Part shown: piece after piece, positions 1 to 12,475 of the stretch
How positions within the stretch are numbered: the first letter of the stretch is position 1
Layout: each line of letters opens with the position of its first letter
Origin: Curvularia clavata
Taxonomy: Eukaryota
Length of the DNA: 64,000 nucleotides
Assembly (NCBI GenBank): GCA_023920165.1
Contig: CP089276.1
Span: 2,480,001 to 2,544,000 of the forward strand
Reading direction: 5' to 3'
Program-made: the position numbers and the translations under genes
The notes under the pieces: model-generated
Told to the model about the DNA's origin: nothing
The model's input: only the letters and a program-made list of their open reading frames with translations
Databases searched by the model: none

Positions 1-982
1 TAAAACAAGAGACCAAGAGGAGGTGAGGCGTTGTCTGGCCAAGTAGAAGAAACAGAGCGGAGAGTGATGAGGTTAGAAATTTTGGGTGTTCTTGGGTATG
101 TACAGTACCGGAGTTGGGTCCGTCAGATGAGCAACTGGTGGGGGAGTATTGGGGTATGAGATGGGCTTGGCCTTGAGTTTAGGTTTGGGGTTGGGTTTGG
201 GGATTGAGGTAGCGGAATAGTGTATGTGTTGGATGTAAGCGATGCTACTATGTTCACATGTGCGCGTGTGTGAGTGAGATGTCTTGGTACATCTATTGTT
301 AGATTGCATGCGTAGTTGCCACAGTATAGCAGACTCGCTTAGAAGCAAAGAAGATCCCACAAGCAAAGGTTACTGTAAACGATCAAGTCGTTGTTGTAAT
401 AGCCTAAAGTCGGGAAATTAACCTCTTCGCTATCATGGTAGTGGGGGTCGTGGTGGGGTGCTGCGGCGTCGTCGTAGATACTTCGCCGCACACGTCTGGC
501 ACACGGTTCCACAATATAAATTGTATTCATCGCTCGTTGCCTAGCCATTGGTTGCCTAAATCACCCAGTGTGCAGATGCAATATGCAGGAGTCGACAGAC
601 AGACGCAGGAGTTGATAGACACAGAAACGAAAACATACGCAAACACCTGCAAAACGTAAGTAGCTACGCTAGGATACACGGCATTGTCTCTAAATCTGGG
701 TAGCAGAATCATTACTCAGGCGCCCATGCATGCAGCGAGCTTCTCGGACTTTTGGGCTACCTGCAGAGAATGTCAAGCCCGCTACTGCAGTTTCTCGCTT
801 CTTCACATGCAGGGTTTGATTGTGACATTTATGCGCTAGATGCACTAGGACGCTTGTGGTTCACGATGTCAAATCACACCACTGGGCAAACGCGATTGGT
901 TCTGAGGGTTCTTGGAATCTTTTCATTGCTCGTGGTATCCTCTTTCGTAAAGAACCAAGGTCATGCTAATGCTACCTTTTCT

Positions 983-2857
983 CTATCTTGACAATGCAAT
1001 GTCATCAATTCGGAGAATCATCTTGACTGTTTCGGCTGCCAGCTCGATGGCGCTGGTGCTGACCAGCAGCGGCTGCAGTACGTTCTCCTCGCTAATGTCA
1101 TTCTTAACACCCCCGCTCTTGATGCTGATGCCTGCGTTCTTTTGATCTTGAGCATGCCTATGTCTTAGCTCTGTGACGACCTTGATGCTGTTGAGACCCG
1201 CATTCTCCGCCAGCGTAGTGGGAATCACCTCCATGGCCTCGGCGAAAGCTTTCCAGCAGATGGATTCTGTACCAGAGAGTTCACGAGCCTTGAGGGACAG
1301 CTGGTGTGCAATCTCAATTTCAGGAGCGCCTCCACCAGCAAGGAGTGCCTTCTTTTTCACCAATGAGCGGATGGCGCAGTGCGCATCGTGAAGCGATCGC
1401 TCCGTCTCGTCCAGAATGAGGCTGTTGGCGCCCCGGCAGACAATCGAGACGGTGTTGGCCGCTGTCTTGACACCGGAGACCTTGACGTAGCGAGCGCCTG
1501 ATGCCTGAACTTCTTCTACAAGATCAGCCGAGCCGAGCTTGTCTTCTGTGAAGGAATCAATATCAGCAATAGGCTTGCAACCAGTGCTCTGCTGTATGTC
1601 AGTACAATGTCTACGAACAGCTATAAATTTTACGCACCTTGCAGATGAACTCAATCTCATCGCGCTCAATATCCTTGACGACCATGATTTTGAGCTTCGA
1701 CAGGAAATGCAGACTGAGGTCATTGACGGCATCGCGCAAAATTGACTTCTGGATGAAGAGAACATTGCACTTGGCTTTCTGAATCTTCTTAACCATGTTC
1801 AACAGGTACGTCCGCTCCTCCTTGAGGATCTTGTCCATCTGTCTGTAGTCGTTGACAACAATCTGGTTCTCCATGTCCGGCTTCGGTGGGCTCAATTGGA
1901 ATTGAATGAGACCTATCCGTGCCTTCTCCTTCAGTGTGGGACCACCAGCGCTCTTCACTACTGGCTGGTTCAGGACCAGTCCGTCAATCATCTCACTGTC
2001 TTCAATAGTGCCACCCGACTTCTTGATCATACGAATGTTCTTCAAGTCTACGTTATCGGCGGTCTTGGGGTCGATGACCTTAAGCACTGAGTCGACGGCC
2101 ATGATGGGGAGCTTTGGCTCTTGGGCGACAATTTTGGAGGAAAGCGCAGTGGTGGCGGTCTTGAGTAGGGTTTGCCTATCGGTGAGCGAGATGGGGATGG
2201 CCATTTCAGTCAATATGGATATGGCCTCCTGAGCCGCACGCTGGAAGGACTCTGATATAACTGTAGGGTGGATACCCTTGCCCAATAACCGCTCAGCAGC
2301 GCCGAGGAGACTGCCAGCAATGACTACGACCGATGTTGTACCGTCTCCGGCCTCGATATCCTGGGCGTGTGCGAGGTCGACGAGCATCTTAGCCGACGGG
2401 TGCATGACGCTCATCTGGTTCAGCATGGTGGCTCCGTCGTTTGTGATGATGGTTTGACCTTTGCTGGTTTGAATCTGTAATATATCAGCCGCTGTACTGG
2501 CTAAAAGATTGTGTACAGGCACGTACCATCTTGTCCATTCCCTTTGGTCCCAAAGACTGCCAAAGTATTAGTATTCGTCTGATTGCCCGCACATGGTGGT
2601 CGTGGTGGTGGGGGGACATACAGTCCGGATTGCATCTGCCACAGCTATGCATTTTGGGTCAGCTTGGGAAACTCAAAGTATAAGCGGGACTGTCATACCT
2701 CTGGCTGCAATGATGTTGGCGCTGCGAACCGCCCTAGGCTTTTCCTTGTCCTGTGCTCGCCATCAGTCAATGTTTTCAGAGCTTGTGGCAGAGGCATCCG
2801 CACCTTGAAAGCAGCATTTCCGCCACCGCCACCGCCGCTGGCAACTTGAGCAGCCAT
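983..2857 (-). CDS. CCT4: T-complex protein 1 subunit delta (CCT chaperonin), spliced; span given
   Basis: ORF pieces contain [37 protein letters not shown] and C-terminal [11 protein letters not shown] at 2857 ([18 protein letters not shown]). GT-AG introns join the ORF-track fragments. Confidence 0.95.
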
Positions 2858-3215
2858 ATTTTGGGATCTGGGGGGTGGGAAATTAGAGCTAAAGGAGGGG
2901 TATCGTGTGGTTTGGCGGGGAAGTTTTGGGTGCCGGGGACGCGAAACTGTTAAGATTTCGAGAACGCGATAGACGTAGCGCACTGACGATGCATAAGCTC
3001 CGACTCGCCGGGCTCGTTGCCGCATCCATGACAGCTACCACCTTCACTCAATAGCACAACACCCACGCCCATACACCACACACGCACCACCACGCCATCT
3101 CCTCCCGACCATCGCCCTCTCCATCCGGGACTTGATCGACTCGCCTCCCCTATACCGCTATCCGCAGTCCCATCCACACGCCGGCCGCCCGACAGTCGCC
3201 GCCCACACCGCAGCC

Positions 3216-4635
3216 ATGCCCTCAGCCACTGGCTCTAACTGGGAGAAGTATCAAAAGAACTTCGCCGATGACGAGGTAGAGGAGAAGAAGATTACGCCTC
3301 TCACCGATGAGTAAGCATGACCGGCGCTGTCTCTGCTTCGAAAGCGCTGACATGGTGATAGAGACATTCAGGTGTTGAAGACATACGGCGCCGCACCCTA
3401 TGGCGCCGAGCTCAAGAAGCTAGAGAAGGAGATCAAGGACAAGCAACAGATGATAAATGAGAAGATTGGGGTCAAGGTAGCCTAGCCCAACCCCAAATAT
3501 AGCTTCATCCGCTCACCTCGTTCAGGAATCAGATACCGGTCTCGCACCTCCACATCTATGGGACATTGCCGCCGACCGCCAACGCATGCAAGAAGAACAG
3601 CCCCTACAAGTTGCACGATGCACCAAGATAATACAGGACGAGAAGGATTCAGACAAAAGCAAATATGTCATCAATGTTAAGCAAATCGCAAAGTTCGTCG
3701 TCAACCTGGGAGAGCGCGTCTCACCCACGGATATTGAAGAGGGTATGCGAGTGGGTGTGGATCGTAACAAGTACCAGATCCTGCTTCCCCTTCCACCAAA
3801 GATCGACCCTTCAGTCACCATGATGACAGTCGAGGACAAGCCTGACGTCACATACGGAGATGTGGGTGGATGCAAGGAGCAGATTGAGAAGCTGCGAGAA
3901 GTCGTCGAGATGCCGTTGTTGTCGCCAGAGCGCTTCGTCAACCTGGGCATCGATCCTCCAAAGGGTGCGCTACTCTACGGCCCACCAGGAACAGGAAAGA
4001 CACTTTGCGCCCGAGCCGTCGCCAACCGAACCGATGCTACTTTTATCCGTGTCATCGGTTCAGAGCTTGTCCAGAAATATGTCGGAGAGGGTGCCAGGAT
4101 GGTACGCGAGCTGTTCGAAATGGCACGAACAAAGAAGGCGTGTATCATCTTCTTCGACGAAATCGATGCTGTCGGTGGAGCGCGTTTCGATGACGGTGCT
4201 GGAGGCGACAATGAAGTACAACGTACCATGTTGGAGCTCATCACACAACTTGACGGTTTCGATGCTCGCGGTAACATCAAGGTCATGTTCGCCACCAACA
4301 GACCATCTACCCTCGACCCTGCGCTCATGCGTCCTGGACGTATCGACCGAAAGATTGAATTCTCGCTACCAGACATGGAGGGCCGTGCCAACATTCTCCG
4401 CATCCACGCCAAGAGCATGAGCGTGGAGCGCGACATCCGTTGGGAGCTCATCTCCCGTCTCTGCCCTAACAGCACAGGTGCCGAGTTGAGGAGTGTCGCC
4501 ACAGAGGCAGGCATGTTCGCGATTAGGCAAAGACGCAAAGTTGCAACAGAGAAGGACTTCTTGGCTGCTGTCGACAAGGTCATCAAGGGTAACCTCAAGT
4601 TCAACTCGACTGCTACGTACATGCAATACAACTAG
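3216..4635 (+). CDS. RPT1: 26S proteasome regulatory AAA-ATPase subunit 7 (Rpt1), two 5' introns
   Basis: [12 protein letters not shown] start, Walker A GPPGTGKT, Walker [20 protein letters not shown]-terminal ATYMQYN. Confidence 0.95.
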
Positions 4636-5259
4636 ACGACGTTGTTTGTCGTTTGCCGCAAGGGGCTCTCAATCATATGCTGGGAGATAAGGCTGGCACT
4701 GTACGAATACTCGGGAACGCGTTTTACTGCCGCTTTCATGATTAGAGTTGTAATGCATCTTTTCGAGTCAGTCTCTTAGCATGTTCTCTTCTGTTTCCAG
4801 ACCATGGTTACTCGTAAATACACAGTGCGTCAGTCAGAGCGAATATGCCATGGAGAAATCAAAGTGTCTGAATTTCACGACCAATGTTCTCCAAAACAAA
4901 TGCACACTTTGCATCATGATGTTATGGGCTGAACACGTACAGGAAACTGTAAGGAACCAAAAGTTATTGTATTGCTTGGTATCTACATTTCTTCGGGCTG
5001 GGTACTTATAGTATTCCACACGTGATCTTTCCTTTCCTAGGCTCCACAGGGTAGGCGTAGCCTAACCCATAACACATGATAGGTAACGTACCTCACAGGC
5101 GACTGAGCCCCGATAGTGTTGCTCTTACTAAAACCCTCCCTTCTACTCTAATATTGTAATAATAACAGTAGTTATAACTAGCTTTCTACTGAATACTAGA
5201 TATAGTTTACTCTTTAAGCTTTTAAATAAAATATGAATCTCTGTTTCAAATGCGCTATA

Positions 5260-5446
5260 TATCAGGATCTGGCCCGATTTTGTCCAACTCTACCAAAGTT
5301 AGTTAGCAAGAGACTACCTAGGGGTATAAAGTTCTAGTAATCGCTAGAAACGCTCGATGGCGATTTGTCTTGTGAAGATATGACTGTTTACGCATAGTTT
5401 TCTCTTGTCTATCTCGTGCTGTGTCTATACACTACTAACAGCCTAA
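5260..5446 (-). mobile_element. LTR relic, family C (reverse orientation)
   Basis: Reverse complement aligns by eye with 5730-5937 and 63344-63552 (CAGGATCTGGCCC...GCATAGTT...CTAACA). No TSD. Confidence 0.7.
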
Positions 5447-7293
5447 TGTTACACGGGGTCTATATGTAGTAGGGGAATACTTACCTACTCTCAGTCCAGG
5501 CTAGGGCGAGACGAGTTGTTGAAGTAAAGTGTGCGGTAGTTGTCTGGCGATTTGGGTGGAGAAGGGTTATAGATAGTTAGTTATTAGACTTTGCTAGGAT
5601 AGTATATTATGTAACTTTGGGACCCGCGATGATCGTGCTGTATTCCTTTGAACCCTTTTATGTATGGTCATCACTTTTCTTTGGCTCTCTGCATCCTTTG
5701 GTGGGTTTGTCACAGGGAAAACCTGCTTGTGTTAGACTGTTAGTATCGTAATAGAACAGCACAAGATAGATGAGAGAGAACTATGCTTTAACAGCCGTAT
5801 ATTCACGAGACGGATCGCTATCAACCCTCTCTAGCGATTACTAGAACTTTATATTACTAGGTAGTCTCTTGCTGACTAAAGCACGTACCAGGGGTAGAGC
5901 TGAGCTGGATTGACCCAATCTGGGCCAGATCCTGACAGATTTTAGTGAGATTTTGAGATGGCGCGCTCACCTATGGGGTATGTTAGACAATATACTATTA
6001 ATAATTTTGACTTAACTTTTAGAAGCTTATAGAGCTTTATCTTTAGAATACTAATAAATTAGCTACTATAATTTAAAGTAATTATATCAAGTAAACAACC
6101 AGACGGCAAGCCTACTTTAGGAAATTGATGCACCCTGTTTAGGTAATCCGGACCTTATGTAGTTATGGCTTTTGCACTACGCTCAAATAGAGAATTAGCC
6201 TCTAATATCTATCATAAAAAGTTTTCATTAAACGTCGTTTTCTATTCCCTTCTTTGCCTAATACTCTCTACTCTTATCTATTTAGTCCGCAATCCCTTAT
6301 CCAGGAACTCCTTAGGGACAAGGGTAAGGCAGGAATATCTGGCTAGTAGCTCCTAGACATAGGGCTGGTCGAGCACCTTAGAGTCGCAATCAAGGTTGCT
6401 AACACCGACAGGACAGCATGGAAGCCGTTTCACCTACTAAGCTCCTGATGGAGCTAAACAACTACACTCTGTTACCCCAAAGAGGGGCAACGCAGTCAGC
6501 GAAAGCACGGAGAGAGAAAAGGAAGAGAACAACGATAGGCAGTAGTTAAGATTTTTAAGCAGGGAAACCTGCTATATTTGCTCCAATTCTCTAGAACGAA
6601 GAAATAGTATTCGTAGACGTGTAAGGGAACCATACTGTAAGCCTAGAAGTACCATGTATGGTCACATGGTAGCCCACTTGTAATCGAGTCGGGCACTAAT
6701 GCCCAATAAGTCAATACTACGTAACAAATGACTCGGCCGCAGCCGACCCACCAGCAAAAGATAAGCATGAGAATAATCTGAACTAATTATTCAAGTGTAG
6801 TGTGTTATATATAGGCATGTAACCTTGTTACACCGCTAACTAATAATACTATATTCAAACTTGCTTTCAACATCATAATTGTAACGGGTGGGCGACAGCC
6901 GAGCGTACGACTACACAGTGCGCCCAATTAGCCAAAAAGACTGTCACAAGACAACGAAGCTTGATGTTATCTTGGCGTAGTCGGCACTTATCATCATCGT
7001 AGATCTCTTTCTTAAGTCTTGGGGCGTAGCCCATTACAATAAAAACAACAAAACAAACTTTATATTTACTCAATTCCCTACACATATAGAACTTTGAATT
7101 TATTTATTTTATTATTATCCGCGATGACTCTAACAGATCATATACCGCTGTCTAGTCACGTGATGTCTACCACGAATAGCTTACGCACTCTGCCGCCGCT
7201 TACCCCACGATCGTCCTTAACTCTCTCCTTTGAACTTTCTTTATAACACATGCCTACTATTATGTTTAGGTTTTTAATCGCCTTGCTCCTACA
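5447..7293. mobile_element. Stack of further probable LTR relics (TG...CA units at about 5447-5714, 6470-6726, 6880-7135)
   Basis: Each unit is about 250-270 bp, non-coding, TpA-rich and bounded by TGT...ACA. No second copy or TSD is visible in the window, so support is by shape only. Confidence 0.4.
5730..5937 (+). mobile_element. LTR relic, family C
   Basis: TGTTAGACTGTTAG...CCTGACA; shares GATAGATGAGAGAGAACTATGCTTTAACAGCC with the 63344 copy. Flanks do not form a clean TSD. Confidence 0.75.
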
Positions 7294-8437
7294 TGGAGTG
7301 CTCAACGTGGGCGCTGACGTCAACGCGCAAGGTGGATTCTTTGGCAGTGCTCTACAGGCAGCTTCACAGAAAGGCCACAAGCAGGTAGTTAAGATACTGC
7401 TCGACAAGGGCGCTGATATCAATGCGCAAGATAGACACTACTACGACAAAGCACTCTATTCAGCTTCAGAGGCAGGCTATGAGCAGGTGGTCAAGATACT
7501 ACTCGACAAGGGCGCTGACGTTAACGCGCAAGATCGACACTACTACGACAAAGCACTCTACTTAGCTTCAGAGGCAGGCCACGAACAGGTGGTCAAGATA
7601 CTACTTGACAAGGGCGCCAACGTCAACGTACAAGGTGGAGAATACGGCAACGCACTACAGGCAGCTTCATTAGCAGGCAAAGAGCAGATAGTCGAAATAC
7701 TGCTCAACGTAGGCGCTAATATTAACGCCCAGGGCGGAGAGTATGGCAACGCACTGCAAGCAGCTTCAGTAGGAGGCCACGAGCAGATAGTCAAGATACT
7801 GATTAACAAGGGTGCTGATGTTGATGCGCAAGGTGGATACTTTAGCAACGCACTCTACGCGGGTTCACGGCGAGGCCACGAGCAGATAGTCAAGATGCTA
7901 CTCGATAAGACTGTCAAAGTTGATGCGCAGGGTGGATTCTACGGCAACGCACTACAGGTAGCTTCACTCATAGGTGAAGAGCTGGTGGTCAAAATGCTGC
8001 TCGACAAGGGCGCTAACGTTAACGCCCAGGGTGGACGGTATGGCAACGCACTACAGACAGCTTCATTAGCAGGTAAAGAGCAGATAGTCAAAATGCTACT
8101 TAATCTAGGCGCCGATATTAACGCAAAAGGTGGAGAGTGCGGTAACGCACTACAGGCAGCTTCAGTGGGAGGCCACGAGCAGATAGTCAAGATACTGCTC
8201 GACAAGGGCGCCGACGTTAACGCGCAGGGTGGATACTTTAGCAACGCACTACAGGCAGCTTTAGTAGTAGGCCACGAACAGATAGTTAAGATGCTGCTCG
8301 ACAAAGGCGCTGATATTAATGCGCAAGGGGGAGTGTACGGCAATGCACTCTACACGGCTTTAGAGAGAGACAGCGAGGATTTGTTTAGAATATTGCTTGA
8401 CGCAGGTAGTTTTCAACCGGTGTCTTATTTTGAATAG
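7294..8437 (+). pseudogene. Ankyrin-repeat array (~11 x 33 aa), probably the 3' fragment of a larger NLR-like gene
   Basis: Repeated GADVNAQGGxYGNALQAAS...GHEQIVKILLDK. The ORF-track start (7250) lies in unrelated AT-rich sequence ending in ...CTACA at 7293. TpA-rich codons suggest RIP. Confidence 0.75.
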
Positions 8438-8789
8438 TTAGTAGCTTTGTTAACTATTACTTGGGTACATACTGAGCATCTCTAGTTAGCCGTTAGCGCG
8501 CGCCACATATGTTTTAAAGATTATGGCTAGATAGACATAGTGCCCCCCTTATGGCGCACAGATTGCCTCCAGTAACCTCCCACCTCTCTCGTTACTTGAT
8601 CTACACTAGCTTTCCCCTGCTACTCCCCTGCTACTCCCCTGCTACTCCCCTATCTCTCCCCTCTGTCTTAACTCATCTTACGTCTTGCGTAGATTCCTAA
8701 CACGCGACGTAACGCGACGCGATCGAATCTACTTACACTACACACTATCTTTGATTACAATCTATATCTATATCTAACTATTACTCGCT

Positions 8790-10770
8790 GTGTTTACATA
8801 TCTACCTATCTATAACGTGCTCGTCTATCGCGACCATCGCCGCGTTATCTGTAGCACGGACGAGCATCTTAAGCGCCATTATAAGCTACCAGCAGCAGAA
8901 AGAAGAGCGCTACGTAACTACTTAGCGCGTATAGCAATCTCTCTCCTATCACCAGATCAAGTGCCTCTTCCTGCCCCTTATAGACCACCTTTCCCTAAGC
9001 TAGGCCTACCAGAAAACACGCTATTCTGCTGCTGCGATATAGCATGTAGCTTTATTACTACAAGCCGTAGCAAGATGCAGCAACACGTTAACCAGAAGCA
9101 CAGAATCCTTCTTACCCGCTGGTCCGCTCCCTTAGCTACCTCGTACGCTGAGCATGCTGCCTAGCTATAGGGGCATATCCGAGTACAAACCTTCTTCCGC
9201 GAGAGCCGATATATCCGCTACTTTACTATCCAGAAGCAGCAGCAGCAAGACCAGCGGAAAGCGCCGCAGCAGGATAGGATCCAGCTAATGACACTAAAGC
9301 AGAGAGAGGCAGAGCGCCACCAGCAACGCCTAGCTAGCCTATGGTACGAGTGGGACATGGTCGCGACTAGAGACAGCCAGGAGATTGAGCGTGTAGTAAA
9401 AGAAGCCTTAGCTAGAGACTGCACTGGCTGGTTCAAGCGGACGCGGTGCGACGAGCACCTCCAGGCCTATCCAAACTGGTAGCTACTATCGTACGCCGTA
9501 CGGCTACCGTCTAGCGACGAGCCGTATCTACGGCGCGTTGTCAGTCTCGTAGAGGAGCTTATAGACCAGGCAGCAAATAGCCTAAGTACAGTATTAATCG
9601 ACATGCTACGTTGGCTGCGCAGCCCACGGCCACAAAACAGCGATATACGCCCGTTTGGCCGGATGCAGAACAGGGCTAGCCAGGTGCGCGCAGCGCGACT
9701 CTGGGCACAACTTCTCTGCTACTGCCTCCGCATGGTGGCGATAGAGCAGCAAGAGCTGGGCCAGCAAGAACACAGCCGCAGCGCCAGGACCCCTTACTTC
9801 CAACCGAGCTGTCTGATATCGCAAGATTGTTGTATGGCACGCAGAAAGAAGCAGCTACGCAGCTATGGCTATCTCTCTCGTCTACTAGCAACAACAGCAG
9901 TAGCTCTAGCGCAGCGCAGCAGCGTACGTACATACGGCATCTATCCTAGGCGCTTATCTGCCAAAAAGTATATCACTATCCATTTGATAGCCCACTTATC
10001 CACTTTCTAGCTGCTCTTGGTATCTACCCAGAGACTCGTCTGCGTACTGCTGCTGATTCTTCTACTATACTTTGCGCTTTAGTTTACTGCGTACGGGCGT
10101 TAACAATAGAGCTCTTCCTCCCAGCAGATAAGCGGGCTGAGCAAGGTGCTGCTGAGACAGACAGCTTTCTTGACCAGCATGCCTGCTATCTAGTAGGCAG
10201 CTCGTACAGCCTAATGAGCACTATACTAAGCTTATTAGCATACAGCAAGTTTATTAGCATACAGCAAGTTTATTAGCATACAGCAAGTTTATTAGCATAC
10301 AGCAAGTTTATTAGCATACAGCAAGTTTATTAGCATATAGCAAGTTTATTGCTATGCGTACGCCTAGTAGCAGCGCTAGTAGTATATGGTGGTCGGCAGA
10401 TCGACAGACGTTCTATATTAAAGGCCAGCCTGTTATGCTACAGCGATTTCGCGAGCTTGCCCAGGGCGTTGTTGCTAAGGCGGAGCGCTTAATATGGGAA
10501 GAGCAGCTGTGGATGAGCGAGCACGAGCATCGGCCGACGACTAGGCTAGCGGAGATACAAGACGACGTGTCTATCCGATGCCGTGGTGTATGCTACCTAT
10601 TGCCGTCGCAGCTGCGCCAAGGGCAAGCTTAGGTGCTAGATCGATTGACTAGAGTAGCTGGGGCGCAGAAGCTCTATCAGCAGCGCGTAAGACTACAGCT
10701 AGAGCAGTTAGAGCAGCTACCAATAAGTAGTAATCTAAGCAGCTCTAGCAGCCCACGCAGCTATCTACCA
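8790..10770 (+). pseudogene. DUF3505/OrsD-like Zn-finger protein of the type found N-terminal to fungal RecQ/telomere-linked-helicase-like proteins; stops, frameshift, truncated
   Basis: Motifs read across stops: YNVLVYRDH...HLKRH, C..C...MQQHVNQKH, VQTFFRESRYIRYF, TGWFKRTR..EHL, LWAQLLCYCLR, SLMSTILSLLAYSK. Family assignment is from recognition, not a search. Confidence 0.6.
10232..10350 (+). repeat. 19-bp tandem repeat TTATTAGCATACAGCAAGT x6 plus partial
   Basis: Units start at 10232, 10251, 10270, 10289, 10308 and 10327; only the last carries a C>T change. Confidence 0.95.
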
Positions 10771-11960
10771 AAAGAGAGCACTGCAGACACGAACTGCAAC
10801 CGATCCTTGTAGATGTCGAATTGCTTAGAGGCGATACCCCCAAGATGATCAAATGTCCATAGCCGTATCAGAGATCTACAGGGGGTAAAGCCAAGAACAA
10901 AGTAGTAACTGTCTTAGACAGCGAGCACCTCCTTCACGTATCGGCTAAGGTCGAGTCACGCCTTAGACGCTTTATTAGCTAATAGGTTGCTCTTAAGCTC
11001 TCTAGGTATAAGGATATGTGACCATTACCACTTCGAGTTCACGCTAGCGTTCAGATCGTTTACAGAGTTAATATCTAGCTTGCAATTAGCAGTAAAGCCT
11101 TATAAAGGCTAATACGGCTATGCTAGCGTTTACTAGCGTATTCTAGGTACCGACTGATACCTATCTACAAGGTTCAACAGCCGCTCTATAAGTAGAACAA
11201 ACTAGCTCAAAATATTATTTTCCTTCGCCGCTTAAGGCTTGCTCTGCTAACTACTCTATCTAGAAAAGTAGACTATCTCCCTTCTTACACTTATCTCATA
11301 TAGCTCGTATCACTAGTCTTAGATCTGGCAAATCTCTAAAGAATGCTTTAAAGAAATCAGGTATGTCAACGTATAATTCTCATAACTCCTTCTTTAGCAC
11401 ATTATTTGCGTATTTGCAGTGCTCGGTCGAGTTCACGAAACTGCTGTTTGGTGGAAGGATAAGGTGGGGTAGGGTAGTGTTAAGAGTATGATCTCGAGTG
11501 GAAGTAATATAAGACTTCTGGTGTCAAGACCTTCTTTAGATTGATTTTCGCGGATAAAGCAATAGTGTATTATAAATAAAAGTTCTGCAGTAACTATTAT
11601 ATTATAGGTACTATACTCGTAACTTAAGTTAAATATATCGAGCTATAAGGGTCTAATACCTATTCCTATATACTTATAGTGCTCGTAACCCTTGGTTAGA
11701 GGAGTCTAAGTAACCCTCGATAGCTTATATACGAGGAGCATTCCTCTATAGCTTATGTACGAGGAGCCTGCTAAGACCCTTCTTTAGATATGCGCTACTA
11801 AGGAGATTATATAATGCGTGCCCCCGCGTTATATATAGCTAGGTCGACTAGTCGTTAATGCTTCTTAACTTAACTGCTGTGCCTCTTCCTCCTAGGTTTG
11901 TAATACTATTCTTCTCTTTTCTAAGCTTATTCTTAAGCTTTTCTTTATATCTAGCTAACA

Positions 11961-12475
11961 ATATCTGCCTCTAGGTCTAAAGAATATCTTCGTCTTATTT
12001 TTAAAATTCGTCGTAATAGTCTCCCCGCGCCTATCCCCTGCGATTATTATTTTGCGAATAACTATTAGTGCGTCGCGATGCCCAAAGTCGACGGTAAGCG
12101 TTTGAAGTGCTCTGAGTGCACTCGTCTAGGTCATCTATATGTTAATATATTGTAGGTGTCGTTAGACAAGACTTATAAAGAGTATTAAAAGAAAGTAGAT
12201 AAAGATAAGTAATTATTGGTTTAAGTAATTTCGCGGTTAATGCGAAATAAGAAAATTCTAAAGTAGGCTAAGGAACGTGCTATGAAGAAGACTATATATT
12301 TAGCGAATTCCTTACGCGAAGGTAGTGATAACATAGACGCGTAGGAGTCCCTAAACTGCCCTGCGGCCAATATATTAGTAGGGTTCTCACCTATTATATA
12401 GAGTACTTTGGATTCTCTAGACGCCCTAGCGTTATTTTTAAATTCTAGCAATATTTCTGTTTTTTCTTTCTAATA
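11961..12475 (+). pseudogene. Antisense accessory gene of A1: Zn2Cys6-like cluster plus coiled coil
   Basis: Frame from ATA(11961, presumed RIPped ATG): SASRSKEYLRLIFKIRRNSLPAPIPCDYYFANNY*CVAMPKVDGKRLKCSECTRLGHLYV..., followed by a charged helical stretch. Confidence 0.65.

Noticed and set aside
73..991. Short ORFs at the left edge
   Set aside because: No recognisable motifs; likely UTR, intergenic, or part of a gene outside the window.
10232..10350. Possible CRISPR-like array
   Set aside because: Units are contiguous with no spacers; eukaryotic context; simple tandem repeat.
12221..12451. ORF-track 76-aa ORFs here and at 37777-38007
   Set aside because: Shadow frames opposite the antisense Zn-cluster gene; their similarity just reflects the two A copies.
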